From: an uncultured Candidatus Saccharibacteria bacterium
GTDB taxonomy: Bacteria > Patescibacteriota > Minisyncoccia > Phycocordibacterales > UBA918
DNA: 64,000 bases
Direction of reading: 5' to 3'
Assembly: GCA_964402035.1 (NCBI GenBank)
Contig: CAYOAM010000003.1
Span: forward strand, 86,480 to 150,479
The position numbers and the translations under genes are program-made. Of the stretch, positions 8,974 through 17,860 are shown one piece after another. How positions within the stretch are numbered: position 1 is the stretch's first letter; each line of letters begins with the position of its first letter. Under the pieces are notes generated by a model. It saw only the letters and a program-made list of their open reading frames with translations. It did no database searches and was not told where the DNA came from.

Positions 8974-10076
8974 CGTTCAGAAAGTCGTCGGAGCGCAGCA
9001 CCAACAGCAACAGCAAACGAGGGTCCGATTGTTTTTAAGGTATCTTGAAGAAATGCAGGATATTCAACTTTTGCAAAGGGATCGGCATTAAGAATCCGAC
9101 GACCGAGTACATTTTGTGCATACTCCGCAACGCCCGCGAGCGTTGCTCCACCACCTGAAAGCATCACGGACGACACTGGTACGGCTCCGTTGGTACGCTC
9201 GTATGCCTCAAGCAAGCGTCGAGACTCGATAAACATACGTTCGAGCGGCAAACTGAGCGCACGCTCAATCCGCGGATTCTCATGCGCCAAAAGTCCCACT
9301 TGACGCTTCATTTCTTCAGCATCAGATATAGTGAGTTCGAGAGACTTTGAAAGAGCCGACGTGAGATCTTGTCCACCCACTGTAATACTGTGTGTTGCCT
9401 GCACAATACCTCCGGCCACGACATAGAGTTTTGTTGTTGCGGCACCGATGTCCATAATAAGTATGGTCTCATCAATCTTTTGCACGCTCGAACGGATGGT
9501 ACTAAAGACTTCTATTTCGTTAAAACTCGAAAGCATCCCCGCCCCCTCGATCACCGTCTTAAATTTGCTCAGCGCTTCATTGTGAATAGCGGCCAAGAGT
9601 ACACGAGTTGTTGTCACTCGCCCCGCTGATTCAGCCCCATTTTTATTAGGCACCACAAACCAATCGAGCGTCACCTGCGAGACGGGCACTGGCACATATT
9701 TGCGGGCTTCAATCGGTATCATCGCCTCAAGGAGTGCCGGATCCTCAACCTGGAGTGAAATCACCGTCACGAAACTTGCAGCATACGGGACCGCAACACC
9801 AACGTTGCGGCTTGTGACAGATGCTTCTCGTACAATATCCAACAGCGCCTCCGTTGTTTTTCCCGGCTCAAGATTGGTGGCACGACCGACGTCCACGTTT
9901 GCATACGGCCCAAGCTGCAGTTCTCCATACGTCTCCAAAACCGCTCGCTGATGCTCGCGACGTAGTTGCACAATCTTTATAGAAGAAGAACCAAAATCAA
10001 TACCAACGACACTACCGCCATGCGCAGGCGCGGCGGCATTAAATAATTTACCGAGTGACTTAAAAGACAGATCCAT
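8970..10076 (-). CDS. pilM: Type IV pilus assembly protein PilM
   Basis: VGIDFGSSSIK, EARKYVP, MDIGAATT, LSGGGA actin-like motifs. Confidence 0.93.
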   Translation of the reverse strand: MDLSFKSLGKLFNAAAPAHGGSVVGIDFGSSSIKIVQLRREHQRAVLETYGELQLGPYANVDVGRATNLEPGKTTEALLDIVREASVTSRNVGVAVPYAASFVTVISLQVEDPALLEAMIPIEARKYVPVPVSQVTLDWFVVPNKNGAESAGRVTTTRVLLAAIHNEALSKFKTVIEGAGMLSSFNEIEVFSTIRSSVQKIDETILIMDIGAATTKLYVVAGGIVQATHSITVGGQDLTSALSKSLELTISDAEEMKRQVGLLAHENPRIERALSLPLERMFIESRRLLEAYERTNGAVPVSSVMLSGGGATLAGVAEYAQNVLGRRILNADPFAKVEYPAFLQDTLKTIGPSFAVAVGAALRRLSER

Positions 10077-10143
10077 CTCAAAAACATTTTAACACGCAAA
10101 TAGCAACATTCGATCAAAAAACACGTAGTATGTGTATGAGACT

Positions 10144-10755
10144 ATGTTTCGGCATTTTTTCACACTAGTGCTCGATAGTATCTTTCCGCCATCAAAGATG
10201 GAGCTCCTGGTACGCCACGCAACACAAGAGCAGCTCCATGCACATGCACTACAAAATAGCGTCTTTGAGACACGGACGATTTTTGAATATCGTGATCCGC
10301 TGGTCCGTGCACTTATTTGGCAGACGAAATATAGTGACAACATGAGCGCTGCAACGCTTCTTGGCAACGCGCTCCGCGAAGAACTACTGACGTCAATAAC
10401 GACACCGTACGTGGTGATCCCGATGCCACTCTCATCGCAGCGGCTACGGGAACGAGGTTACAATCAGACAGAACGGATTGCTGAGATTGCTGTGCTCGAT
10501 CTCCCATTTCTCACCTATGAACCATCGGTCCTTGTTCGAAAGAATACTGAATCGACGCAGACAAAATTAACGAAAAAGCAACGTGAAGAAAACATTGCCG
10601 GTGCATTTTATGTGAAAAATACCGAAATCCTCAAAAAGAAGAAGGTGATTTTGATCGACGATGTGGTGACGACTGGCGCCACGCTGCGAGAAGCCGCCCG
10701 CGCGCTAAAGCGCGCTGGCGCAAAGTCCGTCCTCTGTGTCGCTCTCGCCCACTAG
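10144..10755 (+). CDS. comF: ComF family phosphoribosyltransferase-like competence protein
   Basis: RGYNQ, Q...R.EN..GAF, LIDDVVTTGAT. Confidence 0.9.
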   Translation: MFRHFFTLVLDSIFPPSKMELLVRHATQEQLHAHALQNSVFETRTIFEYRDPLVRALIWQTKYSDNMSAATLLGNALREELLTSITTPYVVIPMPLSSQRLRERGYNQTERIAEIAVLDLPFLTYEPSVLVRKNTESTQTKLTKKQREENIAGAFYVKNTEILKKKKVILIDDVVTTGATLREAARALKRAGAKSVLCVALAH

Positions 10756-10798
10756 GCATCTTTCAAAAACCTATGCTATTCTAGGCGAATACAAATTT

Positions 10799-10876
10799 TG
10801 GAGACGTGGCTGAGCTGGGTGAGAAAGAAATAATCTTCTTTCGAACCGACACATCGTGTCGGACCACTCAGCCACG
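10799..10876 (+). repeat. Duplicate of tRNA-Ser 5' end plus antisense copy, in the tRNA leader
   Basis: TGGAGACGTGGCTGAG at 10799-10814 = 10917-10932; CCACTCAGCCACG at 10864-10876 is the reverse complement of 10923-10935. Confidence 0.9.
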
Positions 10877-10917
10877 GAACCGCGCAAGCGGGCTTCATTT
10901 GAACAAAGTGAATATAT

Positions 10918-11004
10918 GGAGACGTGGCTGAGTGGTCGAAAGCACCTCACTGCTAACGAGGCAGGGCCGAAACGCCCTCGACGGTTCGAATCCGTCCGTC
11001 TCCG
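10918..11004 (+). tRNA. tRNA-Ser (anticodon GCT)
   Basis: GGAGACG/CGTCTCC acceptor, CT-GCT-AA loop, long variable arm, GGTTCGAATCC T-arm, G discriminator, no encoded CCA. Confidence 0.95.
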
Positions 11005-11047
11005 CAACTGTTTTGAAAAGCACCACTTGCGGGTGTTTTTTGAAACA

Positions 11048-11395
11048 GGAGGATGGGATTCGAAGCTGTTGCGAGATATTTTGGGAGTGAAACGAACAGA
11101 ATATCGACAACGGGTACTGAACGTGTCAACGTTCGAATCCGTCCGTCTCCGCAAATAACGAAGTGAGCGAAGGAGACCAAACAGTCTGGGCTGAACATGC
11201 TGGGAGCATGTTCAGGACCTTGCGAGGTATCTTTAGAAAAGTACCCGCAAGGTGTACTGCTTCTGTCAGAAGACTGTTTGGGATTCGAAACTGTTGCCAG
11301 ATATTTTGGAAGCCATAGTCCGCCAGCTGGCGGAGAACAAAAATAGCTGCAACGGATACTGAAACGGTACGTTTTAGTATCGCACTCTCCGCGAA
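11048..11395 (+). repeat. tRNA-Ser 3'-associated repeat units (antisense T-arm, hairpins, duplicated 3' end)
   Basis: 24-nt exact copy of the tRNA 3' end at 11131-11154; 30-nt unit at 11055-11084 and 11280-11309 (28/30 identical). Confidence 0.85.
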
Positions 11396-11460
11396 AACTT
11401 GAGCGAATCACCTTTATAGATATGCTAATATAAATGTGTCTTAATCACCTCACCTACACT

Positions 11461-12063
11461 ATGCTTACTCAAAAAAGAAATGCGGCGATCGTGGCTATCA
11501 GTTGTGTTATTGGCGTTGCTACCGCACTTTTCTTTTATTTTGAAAAAGCCGAAGCGCCAGCCATTGTCACTGACGTACCAGGAGCGGAGACAATAAACCA
11601 AGAGACCAAGGAAACTGCCACCACGACCGACAACAATCAAACAACCACACCAACCGAGACTAAAGGTGTCGAGCCTACAACACCTAAAACAACTAGTGCC
11701 ACATCAAAACCAGTGGCCAAACCGGCACCCGCTCCGACATCGAAAGTTGTATATAGCGCTGTGGTTAGCTATACGGATAAAGGATTCAAACCGTTTCGCG
11801 TCACGATAGAACCCGGCCAGACAGTACGATTTCTCAATCAATCGAGTCGCGAGATGTGGGTTGCTTCTAATATTCACCCCACACACTCCAACTACCTGAT
11901 TAAAGGCTCCAACGACTGTCTTGGGAGCAGCTTTGATCAGTGCAAGGCCGTCGGCAAAGGCGAATACTGGGACTTCAAATTTGATCCCGTCGGCTCTTGG
12001 GATTTCCACAATCACATGCGACCGACCGACGATGGTACTATCTACGTTGTGAAGCCTCGTTAA
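11461..12063 (+). CDS. Membrane-anchored cupredoxin (plastocyanin-like) domain protein
   Basis: TM helix, Thr/Pro-rich linker, GF.P..V.I..G.TV.F.N, HPTH, GSWDFHNH. Confidence 0.75.
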   Translation: MLTQKRNAAIVAISCVIGVATALFFYFEKAEAPAIVTDVPGAETINQETKETATTTDNNQTTTPTETKGVEPTTPKTTSATSKPVAKPAPAPTSKVVYSAVVSYTDKGFKPFRVTIEPGQTVRFLNQSSREMWVASNIHPTHSNYLIKGSNDCLGSSFDQCKAVGKGEYWDFKFDPVGSWDFHNHMRPTDDGTIYVVKPR

Positions 12064-12155
12064 TTTGAAACCGAGAAAGCCCTTGAAACACCCTCTTCTG
12101 GAGTTTTCTTATGACGTAAGATAGGCTATTCTGATACCAGAAAGTGAGGTATGTC

Positions 12156-12425
12156 ATGATCGACCTATTGTTCATCGCCCTCATAAGCACACTTTGCTTC
12201 TTCATCCTTGGAAAATGCATAGAGCTCAGCGACGCCGTGAGCGAGAGTCGATATGTGCGATCACTGGCGGCACTCTGTGGAACACTATTGCTTGTAACTA
12301 TTTTTATGAGCTGTGCGCATTTTGGCATCAGGGGACTAGCGATTGGAATATCATCCTGTATCGCGTTCACCGTAGGAGTGCTTGACGCCCGAGCATGTAT
12401 TCGAGATATCAAGACTTCTTCGTAA
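12156..12425 (+). CDS. Small hypothetical membrane protein
   Basis: GAGGT SD before ATG 12156, three hydrophobic segments. Confidence 0.55.
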   Translation: MIDLLFIALISTLCFFILGKCIELSDAVSESRYVRSLAALCGTLLLVTIFMSCAHFGIRGLAIGISSCIAFTVGVLDARACIRDIKTSS

Positions 12426-12470
12426 CACAAAACGGTCTCACAGCCGTTTTTTCTTTTCCACCGCACCCAC

Positions 12471-13649
12471 TCATCGCACCGTCTTTGCGATAGTTCCCAC
12501 CACTCGTTTATCAAAAACCCGAGGAATGATTTCTTGAGCGGTTGGTTTTTTCACCAGTCCTGCAAGCGCTTTTGCGGCTCGCAATTTCATATCGTCGGTA
12601 ATCGCTTGCACGCCCCGATCAAGTGCACCACGGAATAAGCCTGGGAACACCAATGCGTTATTAATCTGATTTGGGTAATCAGAGCGACCAGTTGCAACAA
12701 CACGCGCGCCCGCCTTTTGCGCAAGCTCTGGCATGATCTCAGGTGTTGGATTTGCAAGTCCAAAAACTATCGAGTCTTTTGCCATACGTGCCACATGTTC
12801 CGGCGTAATACTTCCCGGACCTGATACACCAATGATCGCGTCTGCTCCCTCAATCGCTTGCAGAACATCTCCACCAATGTTTCGAGGATTGGTCATTGAA
12901 ACCAAGTCTTTTTTATACCCATTAATATTAAAACGATTTTTCGAAAGTATCCCTTTGCTATCACATACAATCACATCTTTGATGCCATATTGGGTAAGCA
13001 GCAGTGCAACAGCGCGACCTGCAGCACCCGCGCCAACAATCACCACCCGCATCTTTTCAATCTTTTTCTTCACCACTTTCGCGGCATTGATAAGACCAGC
13101 AAGGACGACGATCGCCGTACCATGTTGATCATCGTGCATCACGGGAATAGTCAGCTCTTTCTTGAGACGTGACTCAATCTCAAAGCAGCGCGGCGCGCTG
13201 ATGTCTTCGAGATTGATCCCCCCAAACACGGGTGCGATACGCTTCACGGTCTCCACGATCTCGTCTGCATCCTGTGTATCAAGCACTATCGGAAATGCAT
13301 CAATACCCGCCATCTCTTTAAAAATGACGCATTTCCCTTCCATGACCGGCAGCGCTCCATAGTGACCAATGTTGCCAAGACCCAAGACCGCTGATCCGTC
13401 CGAAACGACCGCAACGGTATTGCGTTTAATGGTATACACACGCGCATCTTTTGGATTTTTTGCGAGATGTAGTGAAACTGCCGCAACTCCCGGTGTGTAG
13501 TACGTACTCCAATCTTCTCGTACCTTGAGTTTCGCTTTCGAAACCACTTCGAGTTTGCCATGCAGCCTTTTGTGTTCCTTGAGAGCGCGCTCACCAAAGT
13601 TTATCTTCTTTTTTGGGCTTTTGTTTGGTGCTAATTTTTCTGATTTCAT
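12471..13649 (-). CDS. NAD(P)-dependent malic enzyme
   Basis: YTPGVA, DGSAVLGLG, INLEDI, DDQHGTA, GAGAAG, TGRSDYPNQINN. Confidence 0.95.
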   Translation of the reverse strand: MKSEKLAPNKSPKKKINFGERALKEHKRLHGKLEVVSKAKLKVREDWSTYYTPGVAAVSLHLAKNPKDARVYTIKRNTVAVVSDGSAVLGLGNIGHYGALPVMEGKCVIFKEMAGIDAFPIVLDTQDADEIVETVKRIAPVFGGINLEDISAPRCFEIESRLKKELTIPVMHDDQHGTAIVVLAGLINAAKVVKKKIEKMRVVIVGAGAAGRAVALLLTQYGIKDVIVCDSKGILSKNRFNINGYKKDLVSMTNPRNIGGDVLQAIEGADAIIGVSGPGSITPEHVARMAKDSIVFGLANPTPEIMPELAQKAGARVVATGRSDYPNQINNALVFPGLFRGALDRGVQAITDDMKLRAAKALAGLVKKPTAQEIIPRVFDKRVVGTIAKTVR

Positions 13650-13720
13650 ATCATGGGTGCGGTTTATATGTATGACTAACTCGGCTATACTGTAACTATC
13701 GAAGGCTCGATTACCGTATT

Positions 13721-15961
13721 ATGCATCAAAACGACCCTCTAGCGAAACATTTTCGTATTGACGTAGCACATACCAAAGCGCTCAAACGGCTCAATGTTGA
13801 GACTGTGTCTGATCTCCTCTATCACCTCCCTACCCGGTATGAAGATATTTCTGCCATACAATCCGTTGGTGGGCTCATGGTTGGCACTGACGCTATCGTC
13901 TATGGAAAGGTGGGCGGCCTCAAGACACGCAAGACATGGAAAAGTAGACGCGCTATTGCCGAAGGGTGGGTTGAAGATGGTACGGCTCGGATTAAGATCA
14001 TGTGGTTTAACCAGCCGTATATTGCCAAGATGCTAACCGATGGGGTCTACGTCAAACTGGCAGGAAAAGTTGCTGGCTCCGCAGATAAACCCTACCTTTC
14101 AAACCCTGAGATCGAAATCATCGGCGACCTACCTATCGACCGGCACGATTCCCTGTTCAAGGGCACGGGGAACCAAGATGAAACACTCTATCCAGTCTAT
14201 CGAGAAACAAAAGGCGTCACCTCAAAGTGGGTGTATCACACCATTCAAAAATGTTTTAAAACAGGAGTGCTCGATACGCTTTTTGACCCACTACCGGCAG
14301 AGATACTCAAAACATACAATCTCCCCAATCTGCGCACTGCGCTCGTATGGATTCATGCACCCAAAAAAGCAGAGCATACCGAAGCGGCGCGCAAGCGATT
14401 TGCATTTGAAGAAGTGTTTTACATTCAAGTGGCAAAACAAAAAGAACGTGCCACCGTACAAAACATAGAGACCTACACCATAACCACCGACGATGCGCAC
14501 ATTCGCTCCTTTACCGAACGATTTCCATTTGCGCTCACCGACGCACAGATAAAAGCGATATCGGTGATCCTTCAAAATTTTACGGCGAAACACGCCATGT
14601 CTCGCCTCCTTGAAGGTGATGTTGGTTCTGGAAAGACCGCAGTCGCTGCAACAACCGCATATGCGGTAGCAACGAGTAGACCTCCGCGCATAGAACCCCC
14701 CAAACCAAAGGGTGTCCCTGAACTACGAAAACCATCGCTCATTCCAAAAGAGTTTGGGAATCTGCAAGTTGCATATATGGCACCCACCGAAATTCTCGCA
14801 CGCCAGCATTTTGAATCCTTTATCGAATATTTTCATCACCTCCCTATTCAAATTGGTCTTATTACCGGCAGTGGCTGTATGAAATTCCCTTCCAAGGTCA
14901 ACCCCACAAAACCAACCGACATTTCACGCTCGCAACTCCTCAAATGGGTTAAAAATGGCGAAATACCCATTCTCATTGGTACCCATGCATTGATTCAAAA
15001 AGCAGTGTCGTTTAAACATTTGGCGTATGTCATCATCGACGAACAACATCGATTTGGCACCAACCAGCGACGCATGCTCGCAAAGAAAGATAGCTCCAAC
15101 GGAAACTCCGCCAGCTGGCGGATTCCACACCTCCTTTCAATGACCGCAACGCCGATACCGCGCACACTGGCGCTCACCGTTTATGGCGACCTCGATCTCA
15201 CACTTCTTGATCAAATGCCCGTCGGACGAAAACCGATCATCACCAAGATTGTCACCAACACTGAACGCAAAAGCGTGTACGAAGAAATGAAGCGGGATCT
15301 CGCGCGCGGCCGCCAAGCGTATGTGATTTGTCCTCGTATTGAGGAACCCGATCCAGCAAAAGAAATGGCTATCCAAGCGAAGTCAGTCATTGCTGAAGCA
15401 GCACGTCTCAAAAAAAGTGTTTTTGCAGACTCCACGATCGGTATCTTGCATAGCAAGATGAACCCCAAAGAAAAAGAGTCGGTCATGAAACGATTTCTTG
15501 CGCACGATATCGACATTCTGGTCGCCACGTCCGTGGTGGAAGTCGGTGTCAATGTACCCAATGCAACTTCGATACTGATCGAAGGTGCTGAACGGTTTGG
15601 ACTTTCGCAGCTCCATCAGCTTCGTGGTCGCGTGATGCGCTCATCAGACCAAGCATATTGCTACGCGCTGACCGATAGCAAAAGCGAAAAGACGATCGCC
15701 CGCCTTAAAGCACTTGCCACTGCAAAAAATGGCTTCGAACTCGCTGAGTACGACCTCGCGCAACGTGGATCGGGTGAACTCTATGGCATGCGCCAGTGGG
15801 GACTCACCGATCTCGGCATGGAAGCAATCAAAAACCTCAAAATGGTCGAAGCGGCCCGCAAAGAAGCAACCAGTATGATCGAGCGCGATCCCGACCTCCG
15901 CATGCATCCCGAAATATTGAAACGGGTAGAGTCGATCACGAAAACCCTGCATTTGGAATGA
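13721..15961 (+). CDS. recG: ATP-dependent DNA helicase RecG
   Basis: OB wedge, GDVGSGKT, APTEILA, DEQHRFG, TATPIPR, QLHQLRGRV. Confidence 0.96.
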   Translation: MHQNDPLAKHFRIDVAHTKALKRLNVETVSDLLYHLPTRYEDISAIQSVGGLMVGTDAIVYGKVGGLKTRKTWKSRRAIAEGWVEDGTARIKIMWFNQPYIAKMLTDGVYVKLAGKVAGSADKPYLSNPEIEIIGDLPIDRHDSLFKGTGNQDETLYPVYRETKGVTSKWVYHTIQKCFKTGVLDTLFDPLPAEILKTYNLPNLRTALVWIHAPKKAEHTEAARKRFAFEEVFYIQVAKQKERATVQNIETYTITTDDAHIRSFTERFPFALTDAQIKAISVILQNFTAKHAMSRLLEGDVGSGKTAVAATTAYAVATSRPPRIEPPKPKGVPELRKPSLIPKEFGNLQVAYMAPTEILARQHFESFIEYFHHLPIQIGLITGSGCMKFPSKVNPTKPTDISRSQLLKWVKNGEIPILIGTHALIQKAVSFKHLAYVIIDEQHRFGTNQRRMLAKKDSSNGNSASWRIPHLLSMTATPIPRTLALTVYGDLDLTLLDQMPVGRKPIITKIVTNTERKSVYEEMKRDLARGRQAYVICPRIEEPDPAKEMAIQAKSVIAEAARLKKSVFADSTIGILHSKMNPKEKESVMKRFLAHDIDILVATSVVEVGVNVPNATSILIEGAERFGLSQLHQLRGRVMRSSDQAYCYALTDSKSEKTIARLKALATAKNGFELAEYDLAQRGSGELYGMRQWGLTDLGMEAIKNLKMVEAARKEATSMIERDPDLRMHPEILKRVESITKTLHLE

Positions 15962-16015
15962 TTGACACATAGTGCCCCCTATGCGAGCATGTTGCAAACG
16001 TTCTTGGGGATTCTG

Positions 16016-16210
16016 ATGGATCGGAAAAAATATTGGCACAACGGTATCTGTCGCCGATGTGGTGGGACAGGATGGCTGTTGCGGAAAAATCAAAAGGACC
16101 AACCTGCTAAAAGCTGGAAAGGGAGCTTCAAAAACTGCACGACGTGCGCAGCTAGAGGTTCTCACGGACGAAAAATGAGACCAGTCCCAACACCCATGCT
16201 GCACCCCTAG
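16016..16210 (+). CDS. Small protein with two CxxC(xGxG) zinc-knuckle motifs
   Basis: CRRCGGTG and CTTCAARG; GGGGA SD; stop inside a hairpin. Confidence 0.55.
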   Translation: MDRKKYWHNGICRRCGGTGWLLRKNQKDQPAKSWKGSFKNCTTCAARGSHGRKMRPVPTPMLHP

Positions 16211-16298
16211 GTGCCTCATGGGTTTTTCAATATTCTTCCTATTTGAGAAAGCCTATACTACAGGACGTTTAGCCATATTTAGTACTCTTGATCCTAAC

Positions 16299-16772
16299 TT
16301 AGAAGTACACCGTTGGAAAAAGCTTTAGAATTATCATATAGGCGGCACCAATGAGTCCAATCAAAATAAGAACATAAGCCACCGCGCGGAAGAGTAAAAT
16401 TGGAATTGACACAACACTTATCCAAAAGGACTTTTTTGCTATGCGTTTAGTATCAACATTTGCAACAATGATTTCATATATTTGTTGCATGTCTTCAAAA
16501 TGAGAAAGTGTCACACTACCATCCCAGAAACCTCCCTCTGCTCTTTCTACAGTAATGGCTTTTATTTTCCCAGATTTATTTTGAAAGAAATCCACATGTT
16601 CAATATCTCGGAAGAGAACTCTACGCATATTAAAATCATGAGAACTACTAGTGCGACCAGAGGACGACCACATTAACAGACAAAGACCCTCCTCAGTGAT
16701 TTCAAGTACTTGCTCATTGTTGAGTAACAAATCAAGTAACGATCGTGACTTTCTCAGAATAATCTTCTCCAT
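16299..16772 (-). CDS. Hypothetical protein with C-terminal TM helices
   Basis: Open frame, hydrophobic C-terminus; no recognisable motif. Confidence 0.6.
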   Translation of the reverse strand: MEKIILRKSRSLLDLLLNNEQVLEITEEGLCLLMWSSSGRTSSSHDFNMRRVLFRDIEHVDFFQNKSGKIKAITVERAEGGFWDGSVTLSHFEDMQQIYEIIVANVDTKRIAKKSFWISVVSIPILLFRAVAYVLILIGLIGAAYMIILKLFPTVYF

Positions 16773-16878
16773 AGTCGCAGAATGCACTAGTTTAACAGAA
16801 CATTGTATATAGGATTATTGTTGAACATAAGCCCCTTTTTGCGGTATAGTCATGGCACGCTGACTTACAGCACATCAC

Positions 16879-16952
16879 CCGTCCTTAGCTCAGTTGGTTA
16901 GAGCATTCCGCTTATACCGGAAGGGTCCCTGGTTCGAGTCCAGGAGGACGGA
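16879..16952 (+). tRNA. tRNA-Ile (anticodon TAT/UAU)
   Basis: CCGTCCT/AGGACGG acceptor, GCTC/GAGC D-stem, TTCCG-CT TAT AC-CGGAA, CCTGG-TTCGAGT-CCAGG, A discriminator. Confidence 0.9.
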
Positions 16953-16961
16953 CAAGATCAG

Positions 16962-16995
16962 AAACAGCCAAGCCCTTTGGGTGCTCGGCTGTTTT
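16962..16995. terminator. Bidirectional hairpin terminator (repeat family member)
   Basis: AAACAGCCAAGCCCTTTGGGTGCTCGGCTGTTTT between convergent genes. Confidence 0.75.
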
Positions 16996-16996
16996 A

Positions 16997-17674
16997 TTAT
17001 GTCGTCCGTCTCACCCTTATTCCTAACTCACCAAAATGTTTCAAAGCCATCAGGACATACTCCCATAGTGCTATGTCTCCGTATATTACATTGCATGTCC
17101 CGTGCCCAAAGCCATTCTTATACGTAAGACCAGATAATGTTGATGTCTTAACATATGGCTTTCTAAACTGACTCCGTGGTATACCCAAACGTTCTGACCA
17201 ATAGGATGAAACAGTCTCAATATCCATATCAGAGTACAGATGTAGTTTTATTTTTACTTTCCTTATGTCTACCTCCATTAATAACAGCCACTGTAAGAAA
17301 AAATACACAATGTCAGGATCTGTGTTTGCAATGAGGGTAGTGCCCCGCATAGATTTTGCACCCTCTCCCCAATAGAGAAATAGCCCCCCAAGAAACAATT
17401 CTCTTTTTGAAAGTATCCCAATGTCTTTTTTTGCTTTTTGATACGCTAGCGAGAGACGCGCCTCTCGCTTTCGCTGTGTGGTTATTCGATAGTTTTCAAT
17501 CCTGCGTGGATTCCAGTCCCGAACTGTACGCATCTGTTCATCAGATAGCGGCATATCGCGCAGCCACAGACTGAGTGTACTCTTGCTGACTCTCAAAATA
17601 CGTTTTATTTCGGAGTACGTTTTGCCCTCCTTGCGCAGTTTTCGAGCTTTTTCTCTATCCTGAAACCGTGCCAT
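16997..17674 (-). CDS. HTH plus LAGLIDADG-like domain protein (tRNA-adjacent)
   Basis: N-terminal HTH (GKTYSEIKRILRVSKSTLSLWLR), GLFLYWGEG LAGLIDADG-like helix; TATACT 6 nt before ATG 17674. Confidence 0.7.
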   Translation of the reverse strand: MARFQDREKARKLRKEGKTYSEIKRILRVSKSTLSLWLRDMPLSDEQMRTVRDWNPRRIENYRITTQRKREARLSLAYQKAKKDIGILSKRELFLGGLFLYWGEGAKSMRGTTLIANTDPDIVYFFLQWLLLMEVDIRKVKIKLHLYSDMDIETVSSYWSERLGIPRSQFRKPYVKTSTLSGLTYKNGFGHGTCNVIYGDIALWEYVLMALKHFGELGIRVRRTT

Positions 17675-17860
17675 ATGTATAGTATAGAACATTAAACCGT
17701 ATATATAAATAACACTATCCACTAGTTCGATACTCAAAATAGGGCTGATTATTAACCTCGTTGATCATGCCATTACAGGTGCACCAAAATAGCATCGTCA
17801 CATTGTTTGTATTTGACACAGGCCCACTATCAAAGTACCCTTCCCGAGGAAAAGGAGAAG

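Noticed and set aside
8504-9016. 170-aa minus-strand ORF and the extended pilN N-terminus to 8835
   Set aside because: They run through the palindrome and element A. The -10 box supports a start at 8742.
11007-11154. Prophage or genomic island at tRNA-Ser
   Set aside because: The direct repeats are only ~147 bp apart, with no integrase or cargo.
11055-11309. CRISPR array
   Set aside because: Only two repeat units with long structured spacers, and no cas genes in the window.
10771-11411. ORFs 10771..11154, 10856..11158, 10895..11110 and 10953..11411
   Set aside because: They overlap the tRNA-Ser gene and its repeats. Their repeated peptides simply mirror the DNA duplications.
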